Part shown: positions 36,701-44,800 of the stretch, piece after piece | Position numbering within the stretch: position 1 is the stretch's first letter | Layout of the letters: every line of letters begins with the position of its first letter | Assembly: GCA_964390805.1 (NCBI GenBank) | Contig: CAYMKL010000014.1 | Span: forward strand, 706 to 64,705 | Source of the DNA: an uncultured Anaerolineae bacterium | Lineage (GTDB): Bacteria > Chloroflexota > Anaerolineae > VGOG01 | Direction of reading: 5' to 3' | Length of the DNA: 64,000 nt | The notes under the pieces: model-generated | Database searches by the model: none | The model's input: only the letters and a program-made list of their open reading frames with translations | What the model was told of the DNA's origin: nothing | Translations under genes and position numbers: made by a program

Positions 36701-39700
36701 CTGCGAGGTCATCTCGTTGGCGATGTCCACGCTCTGAGAGCCGGCGCCGCCATCCACGACAACGTCGGTGGAGACGGTCTCTGCCTCTCCCTGGAAGAGG
36801 TCGAAGGAGGTGGACAGGTCGGTGGCCTCCAGCACGGACGGGAAGGTGACCGTCAGCCCACCCAGGGCATAGAGTTCCTGGGAGAGGTTGTTGCGCACGG
36901 TGGAGGTGTAGGCGAAGGTCACCCCAGGCGCGACGATCCAGTCCTCGTCGTCGCTCTCAGGATAGATGCCCAACCCGCTGGTGGTGAACGCCTTGGGGTG
37001 GGTCCCCAGGGTGTGCTCAGCTAAGTCGCTCAGACCGTCGCCGTCCTCGTCGGCTATGAACGGGCTAGAGGTGACGTGGGTCTTGAGGTGGTTGGCGGCG
37101 TCGTATTCGAAGTCCCAGCCGTCCAGTTCCTCTTTGTCGCTCAGGCCGTCGCGGTCCGTGTCGCGGTTGTCCGGATTGGTACCCAGGCGCACCTCCTCGC
37201 CATCGGAGAGGCCGTCGTTGTCGCTATCTCTCGACAGGGGGGAGATGTCGGCCCCACCGTTTTTGGCCCCGGCGGCGCGCATCCGCAGCTCGTATTTGTC
37301 GGACAGGCCATCGCCGTCGGAGTCCCACCTGCTGTCGTCGGGGTCGTTGCCGTGGTGGGCGAAGGAGAGCAGGCCATCGCCATCGGCGTCCGCCTGTGGC
37401 CGGAAATCGTCGCCCCAGTTGAGGGCATAGAACTCGTCCAGCGTGGCGGGGAAGACGTCGAACACGACGTGTTGGCCCATGTGTAGTGACAGACTGTCGT
37501 CAAACGTCTGGTCGCTGCACACGAAGCCATGGCTGGTGGTCCAGCACTCGACGCAGGGGATGGCGTAGCCCACGTTGAGGTAAACCGGCATGGTGCGGTT
37601 GACGCCGGCCTGGAGTGGGACGTCGTTGACTGACAGACCGCTTTGCACCCAACCTCGGTACATCGTATTGAACGAATAGGTGTGATCCTCCTCGACGTCC
37701 TGCCAGGCGGAGGACATCTCACCACGGCTGGCAGAGACATCCTGTTCACTTCGGTTCAGTTGGTAGTTGAAAGTGGTAGATCGTAGATTACTCTCAGTGT
37801 ACAAGACCGGCACCCAGCCTGTTACGCGCCAGCCCTCCGGGTCCTGATGGACAATGGTTGTGGTCAGGTTTGTGCTGAGGGCCAACGTGTTGCCTGCCCT
37901 GAGACCTCGTGAGGGATTGCCCAGCGACATATTGAGTTCGCCCATAGTTGCGTCGGACTCGATGGTGGGCTCTACGTGGTAGATGAGACTGGCTATCTTC
38001 TCCGTCAACCAGCCGCTGATGGTCGGCAGACCCAATGCCGCGAGGACGACGTCAATCAGCGACACGATGGCGACGATGATGAGGCCAATCACGGTGAGGG
38101 CGATGATGAACATCACGATGAGCAGGATGGTGGCAGCGATGCTCTGAGCTAGCAGTTGGTTGTACTCGATGCTTCCCGCCTCCATGTCGCTGGCCTGGAC
38201 GAAAAAGGTCACCCAGACGATGATGGCGCCGATGATCAGGCCGATGAGGCCGCCCCATTTGGTGGCGCCGACCCAGGTGTGCGATGCGCACAAGTAGATC
38301 TTCATGGAGGCGAGGAAGCCGAAAGCGGAACTCCTGATCATCTCCACCACCGCCGTGATGTAGCCGATGAGCTTGATAGTGGTCATCAACCCGCCTATGA
38401 GGATGTTCAGCCCAATCTCGACCCACTTGACCCCGTTGAAGTAGGCGGAAACCAGCATAGTAACCAGGGCCACGACGGCGGCCAGGGTCAGGGTGACGGC
38501 GATACCCCGGCCCCAGCCTGAGCCCAGCCACTTCAGCCAGTCGTACTTTTCGGCCAGTGCACTGGGCCACCGCCAGAGCCACTCGACGTAAGCGAGTCTC
38601 GCTAATCCCGCTTTCAGCGACACCTGGCCCAGATACCTCCAGAAGGACTCCACTGAGCGGGGGTTGATTCCCGCCAGAGCCAGCTTGTAAACTGCCTCGA
38701 TGACTTTCTCGATCACTTTACCGCCTGTCTTCAGGGCCTCGGGCTCCTCCAACTGGGCAGCCTGCGATTGCAGCACATCGTCTCCCACCTGGACGATGCT
38801 GTTGACCCCATTGTAGAGCACGAGGTAATACAACTGGATGCCCAGCAACAGGCCGGCCGCCAACTCTTCATCCTCATTGAGAGTGGGATAACGGCGCGCC
38901 AGTTCGCGCCAGTATTCGTCAATCGGGCAGGCTTCCCATGCCCCGCTGCGGTAGCGGTAGGGAGCCCAGTTGATTCCGGCCAATGTTTGTACTGGCACTC
39001 CGTCAGCACCGCTAGGGGGCAGGTCCACGGTGAGCTGGCTGCCGCTCCATTGGACGTTGCTGCCGTGGCCCTGGACGTCCAGGTTGACCACACGGTAGTG
39101 CTCTTCGCGGGCGAACATGAGCGTGGGGGTGATGGGCCCCGACGGCGACCAGTGGGCGGTGAACACATCATTCAGGATAGCCTTGGTGTCGGTCATGGGG
39201 ATGGTGGCCCGTGCCACGTCCAGGTGCTCGTAGGTGTGGATTTCCACGTGCAGGATGTTGGGGATGTTCCAGCGTTGCTCCTCGGTGTACGCGCCGTTGG
39301 TGGTGCGGTTGAAGCGGTTGTAGATTTCGGCCACGGTGACGTCGCGCTGACCATTCTCGTCTGCGTCTTGCCCGGACAGGAAGGTGTAGTCCAGCCCGTT
39401 GGCCAGCACGACGAGGCTGGCGTCGTCGTTGAGGTCATCATCTACCTGCGGGTCTTCGTAGATGAAGGCCACATCTGTGCCATGATCCTCGCGCACGCTC
39501 AGGCCAGTCAGACGCCAGTCATCGTGGTAGGTCTGCACCACGCGCAACTGGTTCTTCTCACTGTACTTCGCGCAGATGCCGTCATCGTACTCCTCGCAGA
39601 CGTCCACCAACGCGTGCACTAGCCAGACCAGCCGCACCTGCTGGGCATTGCCCCAACCCCCCTCGGTCCCCCCAGGTAGGGGGGAGGATGGCCGGTAGAG

Positions 39701-41695
39701 CATCTTGCCATAGAAAGCGACGTGCGCGTCGCCTTTGTCATCGGTGACCAACTGCAACGGCACGTAGGCCGCCTTCTCGTAGGGATGCCGTTTATCCCCG
39801 CCGTCAGCCTCCAAATCCTGGACGGAGATGCCGTAGCGAGTCAGCTCGTCCTGGGACGGCAGGTTGGTGGGAGAGCCGATGATGCGGATCTCCAGCATCG
39901 GCACCAGCTTCATGTCGCCGTTGTCGTTGGGCGAGACTGAGGTGTTGGGGTCGAGATCGTGGAAGGTCACTCCATCGGCGTCCTGTACCTGACCCCGCTT
40001 GTCGTCCTTGGGCCAATCGAGCACGTTGAAGGCATACCACAGGCGGTCGGGGTTGGTAGGGCGCAGTTGGAACTCGACGTAGGTGGCCTTGCCTTCCTCC
40101 AGGTCATCTACTTTCAGAGAGAGAGGATTGCTGCCGCTGAAAGTGGCGCTGCTCTGGTGGGGCGAGAGGTCGAGGTTGTCGGGTACGCCGTCGCCGTCGT
40201 TGTCGCGGTCAAAGAGATCGGGCGTGCCATCGTTGTCGGTGTCCCAGGTGGTTTGCGTGCTGCCGGGGAGGTTCCACTCCTGTCCGTCGCCGATGCCGTC
40301 TCTGTTGGTGTCCTTCTCCAGCGGGTCGGTGTACCAGGTCTGGCCGTCGTAGTCGAAGCCAACGACCTCGCTGTAGTCGGACACGCCGTCGCCGTCGGAG
40401 TCCCCGTAGGCGGGATTGGTGCCCAACTGTGCTTCCTGGTAGTCGGTGAGACCATCATTGTCGGCATCAGTGCCATCGTCGTCAGATTGCGGACTGTTCG
40501 ATTGCGGATTGATTCCGAATTCCGAATTCCGAATTCCGAAATCACGAGGGTTGGCGTGGGGGTTGATGGTTGGGTGGGACTGGAGGTCACGCAGAGTGCG
40601 CGCCATGTCGCTCTCCTGCTGGCGCTGTTCCTGCTCCTGGACGCGGGCTGCCTGGCGGTGGCCGAAGCTCGCTGCCTGTAGTTGTTGCAGGAACGGGCCG
40701 CAGACCATCGAGGCGATGAGGGCCACCGCCAGTGCCACGTACAGTTTCTTCGAGCGGCTGTGGGTGGCCATCACGACGACCAGCGCCAGCGTGCCGGCGA
40801 GAAACGTCGCCTGCTGGGGCGCACGAGGTGGCACGGTCAGGAGACCGGCGACAACAGCCAGGGCAGAGCGGGTTTGTGCGCGGGCCACCCTGTCACCGAA
40901 GTCGGAGAAATCGACGGTGACGTCCGCCTCGATCTGGTGGTCGTCGGGGCGTGGGGGGAACTGCAGGTGGATGATCTGGCGCAGCGGCAGGCCATCCTCG
41001 CCAACCCACAGCTCGCCCTCGCCCGCCATTCCTGCGTACTGGCGGGGCAGGTCCAGGCTCACGCCCGGCGGGAGCTCGCCCGTCTCGGTCAGGTGCTGCT
41101 GGAGTTGGTCGCGCAGGTAGGCGGCGAAGCCCGGCCCGTTGATCTCGAAGGTGTAGCGGGTAAAGGTGACCTCTCCAGCCCCCCCTCGGTCCCCCCCAAC
41201 TCTGGGGGGGAGGGTACGAGTCTCGGTGCCCTGATTGATGGCGTCCCGCGCGGCTGCCAGGTAGGCCAGGAAGTCGCCTTCGGGGGCGAAGAGGCCAGTG
41301 AAGTCGTTGACCTCCTGCCAGGGTTCGGCGCCCTGACGGGCGAAGGCGCGGTCGCCCTCGACGCGCACCTCGACGCCGCTTTCGGCGTTCAGCACGCTGC
41401 CGCCCTGGGACCAGAGGGTGAGGCGCATCGTCTGGTCAGGCAGGTTGGTCTGCCCCTCAATGCGCAGCGCGTCGCGTTTGCTCTGCCGCCCGACGTTGGT
41501 GACAGTGGGCAGCGGGACAGTGGTTTGCACGACGTCGGCGGCGAAGCGGTAGGAGCCGGCCTCGCGGGCACGCTGCCAGGCCGCCTCGATACTGCCTTGC
41601 TCGTCCGAAGACGCGATAGCGGGGTAGATGAGCGTCGCCAGGATGAGTACACCCAGGATACCCCACAGAAGATTGAGAGAACGTAGCCTTTTCAT
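30758..41695 (-). CDS. giant (3645 aa) membrane-anchored surface protein A: N-terminal signal anchor + conserved domain, TSP type-3-like Ca-binding repeats, internal multi-TM block, beta-propeller-like and Ig-like ectodomains
   Basis: Uninterrupted 10.9-kb ORF; ATG 41695 with AAAGGAGG 8 nt upstream; N-terminal 330 aa paralogous to giant B (AGSYRFAAD..., GELWVGEDGLPLRQI); DxDxDG repeats at about 40130-40500 and 37080-37400; hydrophobic block about 38000-38570 (about 8 predicted TM); C-terminal repeated ..ATD..GN.. Ig-like modules. Confidence 0.85.
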   Translation of the reverse strand: MKRLRSLNLLWGILGVLILATLIYPAIASSDEQGSIEAAWQRAREAGSYRFAADVVQTTVPLPTVTNVGRQSKRDALRIEGQTNLPDQTMRLTLWSQGGSVLNAESGVEVRVEGDRAFARQGAEPWQEVNDFTGLFAPEGDFLAYLAAARDAINQGTETRTLPPRVGGDRGGAGEVTFTRYTFEINGPGFAAYLRDQLQQHLTETGELPPGVSLDLPRQYAGMAGEGELWVGEDGLPLRQIIHLQFPPRPDDHQIEADVTVDFSDFGDRVARAQTRSALAVVAGLLTVPPRAPQQATFLAGTLALVVVMATHSRSKKLYVALAVALIASMVCGPFLQQLQAASFGHRQAARVQEQEQRQQESDMARTLRDLQSHPTINPHANPRDFGIRNSEFGINPQSNSPQSDDDGTDADNDGLTDYQEAQLGTNPAYGDSDGDGVSDYSEVVGFDYDGQTWYTDPLEKDTNRDGIGDGQEWNLPGSTQTTWDTDNDGTPDLFDRDNDGDGVPDNLDLSPHQSSATFSGSNPLSLKVDDLEEGKATYVEFQLRPTNPDRLWYAFNVLDWPKDDKRGQVQDADGVTFHDLDPNTSVSPNDNGDMKLVPMLEIRIIGSPTNLPSQDELTRYGISVQDLEADGGDKRHPYEKAAYVPLQLVTDDKGDAHVAFYGKMLYRPSSPLPGGTEGGWGNAQQVRLVWLVHALVDVCEEYDDGICAKYSEKNQLRVVQTYHDDWRLTGLSVREDHGTDVAFIYEDPQVDDDLNDDASLVVLANGLDYTFLSGQDADENGQRDVTVAEIYNRFNRTTNGAYTEEQRWNIPNILHVEIHTYEHLDVARATIPMTDTKAILNDVFTAHWSPSGPITPTLMFAREEHYRVVNLDVQGHGSNVQWSGSQLTVDLPPSGADGVPVQTLAGINWAPYRYRSGAWEACPIDEYWRELARRYPTLNEDEELAAGLLLGIQLYYLVLYNGVNSIVQVGDDVLQSQAAQLEEPEALKTGGKVIEKVIEAVYKLALAGINPRSVESFWRYLGQVSLKAGLARLAYVEWLWRWPSALAEKYDWLKWLGSGWGRGIAVTLTLAAVVALVTMLVSAYFNGVKWVEIGLNILIGGLMTTIKLIGYITAVVEMIRSSAFGFLASMKIYLCASHTWVGATKWGGLIGLIIGAIIVWVTFFVQASDMEAGSIEYNQLLAQSIAATILLIVMFIIALTVIGLIIVAIVSLIDVVLAALGLPTISGWLTEKIASLIYHVEPTIESDATMGELNMSLGNPSRGLRAGNTLALSTNLTTTIVHQDPEGWRVTGWVPVLYTESNLRSTTFNYQLNRSEQDVSASRGEMSSAWQDVEEDHTYSFNTMYRGWVQSGLSVNDVPLQAGVNRTMPVYLNVGYAIPCVECWTTSHGFVCSDQTFDDSLSLHMGQHVVFDVFPATLDEFYALNWGDDFRPQADADGDGLLSFAHHGNDPDDSRWDSDGDGLSDKYELRMRAAGAKNGGADISPLSRDSDNDGLSDGEEVRLGTNPDNRDTDRDGLSDKEELDGWDFEYDAANHLKTHVTSSPFIADEDGDGLSDLAEHTLGTHPKAFTTSGLGIYPESDDEDWIVAPGVTFAYTSTVRNNLSQELYALGGLTVTFPSVLEATDLSTSFDLFQGEAETVSTDVVVDGGAGSQSVDIANEMTSQLHAGSVESTWTWDPRQDSHREAASGKYPWYSAIAPASGWSGDYVVAALEADSTDEDDNEVTGRIVVYQAGDNLDGASLHVDDGDYDKAAHPPAIACANNGRCLVVWAEEHSDDFDIYAAIVGPNLQLVKSSFSIVRSHDHEQEPSVATNGSDFLVGWQRLHDDWEIKTRIVTNDGDVDSHEERLDSRGAQGVREDRYVDLAYVGGNYVAVWENHFSSADFDVWYAYLDGNGHYVSDSCGKIAYTNSMEELPQVAYDPNTDKALVVYRYEGEKIRGHFVQDSSVGSAFTIGTKGSDRELYYPRVAYDPQHKGWLAMWEHGPDWWDSPSSVAYQALAANGSVRASGQSYAVHWSRYSGRGTYETMYPELVPRGMSLACDDHNCAVTTNVAPWWQWGQFRYIFLHRLYLREVLPWLGDISLDEAAPVLIDADWPTSTLTSLSHGQYISATGTLIIGGDAHDPTSSIDRVEVRVDNDPWEAATGHESWAYGWRVDRYADGRHTLHTRAVDVVGHTETPGPGTDVILDSSPPQLDTDIVNFTIVTATLTAQNRWTVSLHGTVSDPMAGSEPGSGVRSVEVLLTDPDPLDAEVISGDGWQEATLDGDTLRQAQGRAWAIDYVLPIFNDDTEAVANPTGDYVFITRATDEVGNRTPEKDYPGILILLDHTAPVAELTYPDPSTTTITQTVTLSGAVMDPTYIAIGLDGLEIAFTPADGLASHAVTEPDWEDTALAQSGKGVTTSSWSHPIPADLDGIYQIDLRGNDVFDNRNDNQSTWNHWRGEIDTLAPRVAITVTLRGAGASAETTYDCWAKDFNLVEDGFECGPCSVQAADRHYFDTDWWRTWTSDATQLYQLTPSCTVPGHPDPPPFPKVTACDIHGRCTTKTAGTLLLALAQQDALLDAAVLTPTHESVLTSTEPVSVTVGAYAVDSLHTITVTVDGAFLDAATWPDGAITDTLWSTTWVPSLTLTDEGPHTLLAVASDWAGRVQADPRPDTVIVDTQPPWVSVEPTVLTTTHRLSLGRVALTGLVTDTGGVERVQVTTSDAWNDASLHDGAWRYTWNLGSEPDGVAYVVTARATDVAGRTAQVTETVTVDLVKPAPVTVTLAYINGLGRRTVLTSGHTIRDVLGPTLILEWTASSSDDLGRYYAGWTESPTPDLAALTTYALATDRHHEQQAGEAQALYAHVVAQDVHGNQRWHTLGPIYADTPTTPDYILPSPRVGGGAGGGGNYHGWMDSGCSQIGVNREVLRNAHTGAALNEVQELYLTWNDEALRLAWGGADWAGDGDIFVYFDTGAPGGATTAFNPYTATMTNPALSSAEVTVIGLPAQNGRQLEADYMLWIEDADAVALMRWDGDEWIEDAPLPPQYYEFDPSTGSGQRTAHLLPHTDVYLPFDLLGITDPAATSLDLVALASEEDGLRLWAAMPDKNPLNSERVIDAPGPVLTTQHFTLTQQYEWASLGAGVCPAEGQFTDADVHVDIVADPPGVELGFLEHDLYSLLTPDQFLDADLDSIVDLVLPVDVDPEPVHDGQVINYTVRYANEGTEVAPDVRVTATARGALHFAGSDTLVLSLGDVSAGITATLGFSGIVESDLDDDSAEVMASVADGTHGTFDWIWVQHDVDSAAPISLTITAPATYIRPYANAVHGIVHDPSGVPIVTLEAQALPGGSPVTIACPDATHEDGQWSCLWDVGAANDGDQFALRAQATDDLGHTSSWTDWLTLIVDTTPPTVTLDADVDAALVDTVLGLGEHLFTGQVHDDRQASGLEVCVSPARRRYPYTIYLPLVLSEAEGLEMKGSNRGRQSTVVATSVAPDEPTCWPVDVRPGTTPTGTWTYAPATVQDADGEYQTIAFYGLDAVGNRSTVPLSRTYQVDTVPPAVAVITHISEILLDAYQPVTDTDKATETAPPPVLVGTVSDGGGVSEVYVRLDTPEGDSFWHVADRGGSTWSYTPRPKTAGLYTLQVEALDRAGNIRSVGPFDLLVIGTR
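31343..31369. repeat. PEPVEG/LRQAQD element copy
   Basis: cccttcggcctcgctcaggacaagtgg. Confidence 0.5.
32585..32603. repeat. PEPVEG/LRQAQD element copy
   Basis: tcctgagcctgtcgaagga. Confidence 0.5.
33034..33075. repeat. diverged C-run/G-run palindromic element in-frame in giant A
   Basis: cccccacccccggcccctcccccaaccctgggagaggggagg encodes (minus strand) PSPRVGGGAGGGGN. Confidence 0.5.
34874..34896. repeat. PEPVEG/LRQAQD element copy
   Basis: cctgccctgagcttgtcgaaggg. Confidence 0.5.
38000..38570 (-). other. internal polytopic transmembrane block of giant protein A (about 8 hydrophobic helices)
   Basis: WLKWLGSGWGRGIAVTLTLAAVVALVTMLV...IGLIIVAIVSLIDVVLAALGLPTISGW; flanked on both sides by DxDxDG repeats. 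Confidence 0.6.
39651..39687. repeat. C7/G7 palindromic element in-frame in giant A
   Basis: ccccaacccccctcggtccccccaggtaggggggagg encodes (minus) LPGGTEGGWG. Confidence 0.65.
40483..40542. repeat. heptamer tandem arrays (GATTGCG; AATTCCG x4) in-frame in giant A
   Basis: gattgcggactgttcgattgcggattgattccgaattccgaattccgaattccgaaatcac encodes (minus) DFGIRNSEFGINPQSNSPQS. Confidence 0.6.
41178..41214. repeat. C7/G7 palindromic element in-frame in giant A N-terminal domain
   Basis: agccccccctcggtcccccccaactctgggggggaggg encodes (minus) PPRVGGDRGGAG. Confidence 0.7.
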
Positions 41696-41862
41696 TATCT
41701 TTGCCTCCTTTTGTGTTGTGCTTGCTCTGTTTTTCTGGCCCTCCTAATGCCACAACATCTTGGTCTTGCAAGCTCCGTCTTGCTGTGTCAACGAATACCA
41801 AGCGAACAGACGAATGATCAGCTTCAGACATCTTCTGCTGGGGCAGACACGCCCCACACTTA

Positions 41863-44800
41863 TTAGCTCTTCAGCACCAACGGCAACCAGAAGCGAGACA
41901 CAACCATGTGGACTACTACTGTCGGTCCAGTGAGCTCTGCGTTGCCCGCCCTATCCCCACTGCGGGCCCGGATGAAGTACTCCACTTGATCCTCAGGCAG
42001 GGTGCCAGCGAAGGCCCACAGTGTGGCTGTTTCGGGTTTCGGGTTCTGGGTTTCGGGTTGAGGTGTTGGGGACTGCGACCTCTCCGCCAGCAACTTCTCG
42101 GCTCCATCCGCCAGCACCGCGTTGCGCCAGGTGAGGCCGCCGTCCAGGCTGACTTCGACGCGGTCCACACCTACCCCGTCCTCGCTCCAGCCCCAGACGA
42201 GGACCTGTGTCACATCAGGCTCTAGCCAGGTGCCGTCGGCCGGGTGGGCGATGGTGGTCGTTGGGGCCACCGCGTCCACGATGACTTCCACGGGCACTGA
42301 AGGCTCGCCCACGTTGCCCGCCGCGTCTATCGCGCGGACGCGCAGGGTGTAGGTGATGCCTTCCTCGCCAGCCGGCAGCCACCAGCGCCAGGTCCACGTG
42401 TACGTACCATCCGCTTGTCGCACCGGCTGGTCCACCACACCCCACGGGCCGCCGTCGAGTTGGATCTCCACGGCGTTCAGCGCACCGTTGGCCGGGAAGG
42501 AGTCAAAGGCCCGGCCAGCGATCTCTAGTGCCCGACCGCCTACCAGCGTCGGACTGACAGCCGGCTGCTCAATGGCCGCTTGCGGCCCAACCGCATCTAC
42601 CAGCATCTCAGTGCCTGCGACTGGCCCGACGTTGCCCAGCACGTCCCAGGCCCGCGCCCAGACCCACACGGTCTCGACGCCTTCGGGTACGTCCACCTTC
42701 CCGGTCCAGAAGAGCGTGCCATGGGCCGTCTGCCAATCCGCTGATGCGGGGGCCTCGCTTACGGTGACGGCTACCTCTACTCGCGCCGCGCTGGCCCCCT
42801 GGCCTGGCGGCACGGTGCCCAGCACCGTCACCCAGCCGGGCCGAACGGCGTCCTCGCCGCTGGGATCGGTCAGTTCCACGCGCAGGCCCTCGGCGTCCAC
42901 CGCGTGGCTCAGGGTGACCAAGTTGTCGCTGGGGCTGGCGTCGGGCCACGTGGTGTGCAGCGTGGCCGTCGTGGTCACAGCGCCACCTGCCGTCAGGGCG
43001 TCCACCACCTGGGCTTCCACAGTGAGCGACCGCCATTCGCCGCTGGGCAGGTCGCCGAACTGCCAGGCCCAGATAGCGCTGCCGGGGCCACAGCTCTCGC
43101 ACGCGCCGTCGCCCTCCGCGCTGAAGTAGGCCAGGCCGGGCGAGGCCTCCAGGGTCAGTCGCGCGTCCTCTGCCGCCTGCAGGCCGGAGCTCCCCAGTCG
43201 GACCTCGTAGGTGATGACGCTCCCCTGGCCCAGATGCACGGCCGGCGGCTGCAGGCTCGACACCACGAGCCAGGTATGGTCGGCCACGGGCTGACCAGCG
43301 CTGGGCATCACCTGAGGTCCCAACTCGGGCCAGGTGTAGGCATCGGTCCACGGACCGGCCAGCGGGTTGGTGGCCGGGAAGACGGCCCAGGCAGCCCCAC
43401 CATCCTCCGGCACGGCGAAGGCCATGAATCCCAGGCCCACCGGCTGCCCCAGCGCTGCCAGTGGGATGCGCACCTCCGTCCCACCCAGGCTGCTGTGGGC
43501 GTATTCGACGCTCGCGTCCTCCACCGCCACCCAGGTGCTTCCATTCCAGGCCAGGAAGCTCGCCACGTCGTGCTCGTCCACGGTGAAGGCGTATTCGGCG
43601 TGGAAGGGGAGAGTATGACCCGCCACATCGGTGGCGCCGCCAGCGCCGGTGTCGAACAGGAACCAGGCCTCCCCATCCAGGCTCCAGATGCCGCCCTGCC
43701 AGCCCAGGAAGAGGTCATCGGCGTCCCACTGGGTGTAGAGCTGGGCTGTCTGGCCGGCGGTGCGCACGTCTTCGTCCAGCAGGTGGAACTCCGGCAGCCA
43801 CTCGCCGTGAGGGATGTCCACCACCCCGTCCACAACCACTATGCTCGTGCCGCCACTCAAGCCCAGGCCGGCGTCGGAGACGTGCCAGGGGCCATAGTGG
43901 CGGATGAGCCAGTTGCTGGCATTGTCGGCTGCCCTCAGGTGGAAGTACCAGTCGCCGGGGGAATCGAAACTGCCGCTGAAGCTGGTGCCCGCTGCTGGTG
44001 CTGTGGGCACGGTGTTGGTGATCTGATCCAGGGCCACGAACGTGCCCGCGATGCCGCTGCCGTCAGTGGCCGCGTTCCAGGTGGCCTGCAGCGACGCGCC
44101 CACGCCGGTATGCGTGCCCTCCTCCAGGTTGAACGTCACCGGTGTCAGTCCGCCGGGCAGGACGTTGTCCACCGTGAGGGCGATCCGCTGCTGTGTCGTC
44201 AGCCCGCCCCGGTCGGTGGCCTCCACCGCCAGGTGCCAGGTCTGCCCATCCAGCCTGGGCACGTCCCAGGTGGCAGACCAAGTGCCGCCGTCTTGAGAAG
44301 CTTCGCGCCAGGAGGCGGTGTTGTCTGGACTGAAGCGGACTGCCGTTACCCCTGAGGTGGCGTCGGTGGCCGTGCCGGTGACGGTGATGCGACCCGTGGT
44401 AGTGATCACGCTGCCGCCAGTCGGGCCGGTGAAGGAGGCTACAGGCGATGTCGCGTCTACGATGATGCGTACCGGATCGGTCACGTACTCTGCACCGTCG
44501 GTATCCCTTACACTGGCGGTGGCGTTGTGAGCGCCATCCTCCCATCTGCTGAGAACGACGAAGTCGCGCGCGTAGGCCCAGTGGAAACGGTGAGGGTTGC
44601 CATCGGGAGCGATACACGATCCCGTGGTCGCAGTGCGCACGCATATCTGGGCGATGCCTTGCGAGGCAACGGCCGTACCCTCAATGGGGGGGAGGCTTTC
44701 TGTGGAGATATCGCCGTCGGCGTAGTTCTCAACGATGTTGCCCAGGTCTGGTACAGAGACAGCGATCGTGCGCTCCTGGCCGTAATCCACGTTGCCCAGC

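Noticed and set aside
41696-41862. Possible promoter between giant genes A and B (TTGACA/TTGCAA-like hexamers on the minus strand)
   Set aside because: No convincing -10 at proper spacing. The only solid signal is the AAAGGAGG RBS for gene A, and the genes may be co-transcribed.
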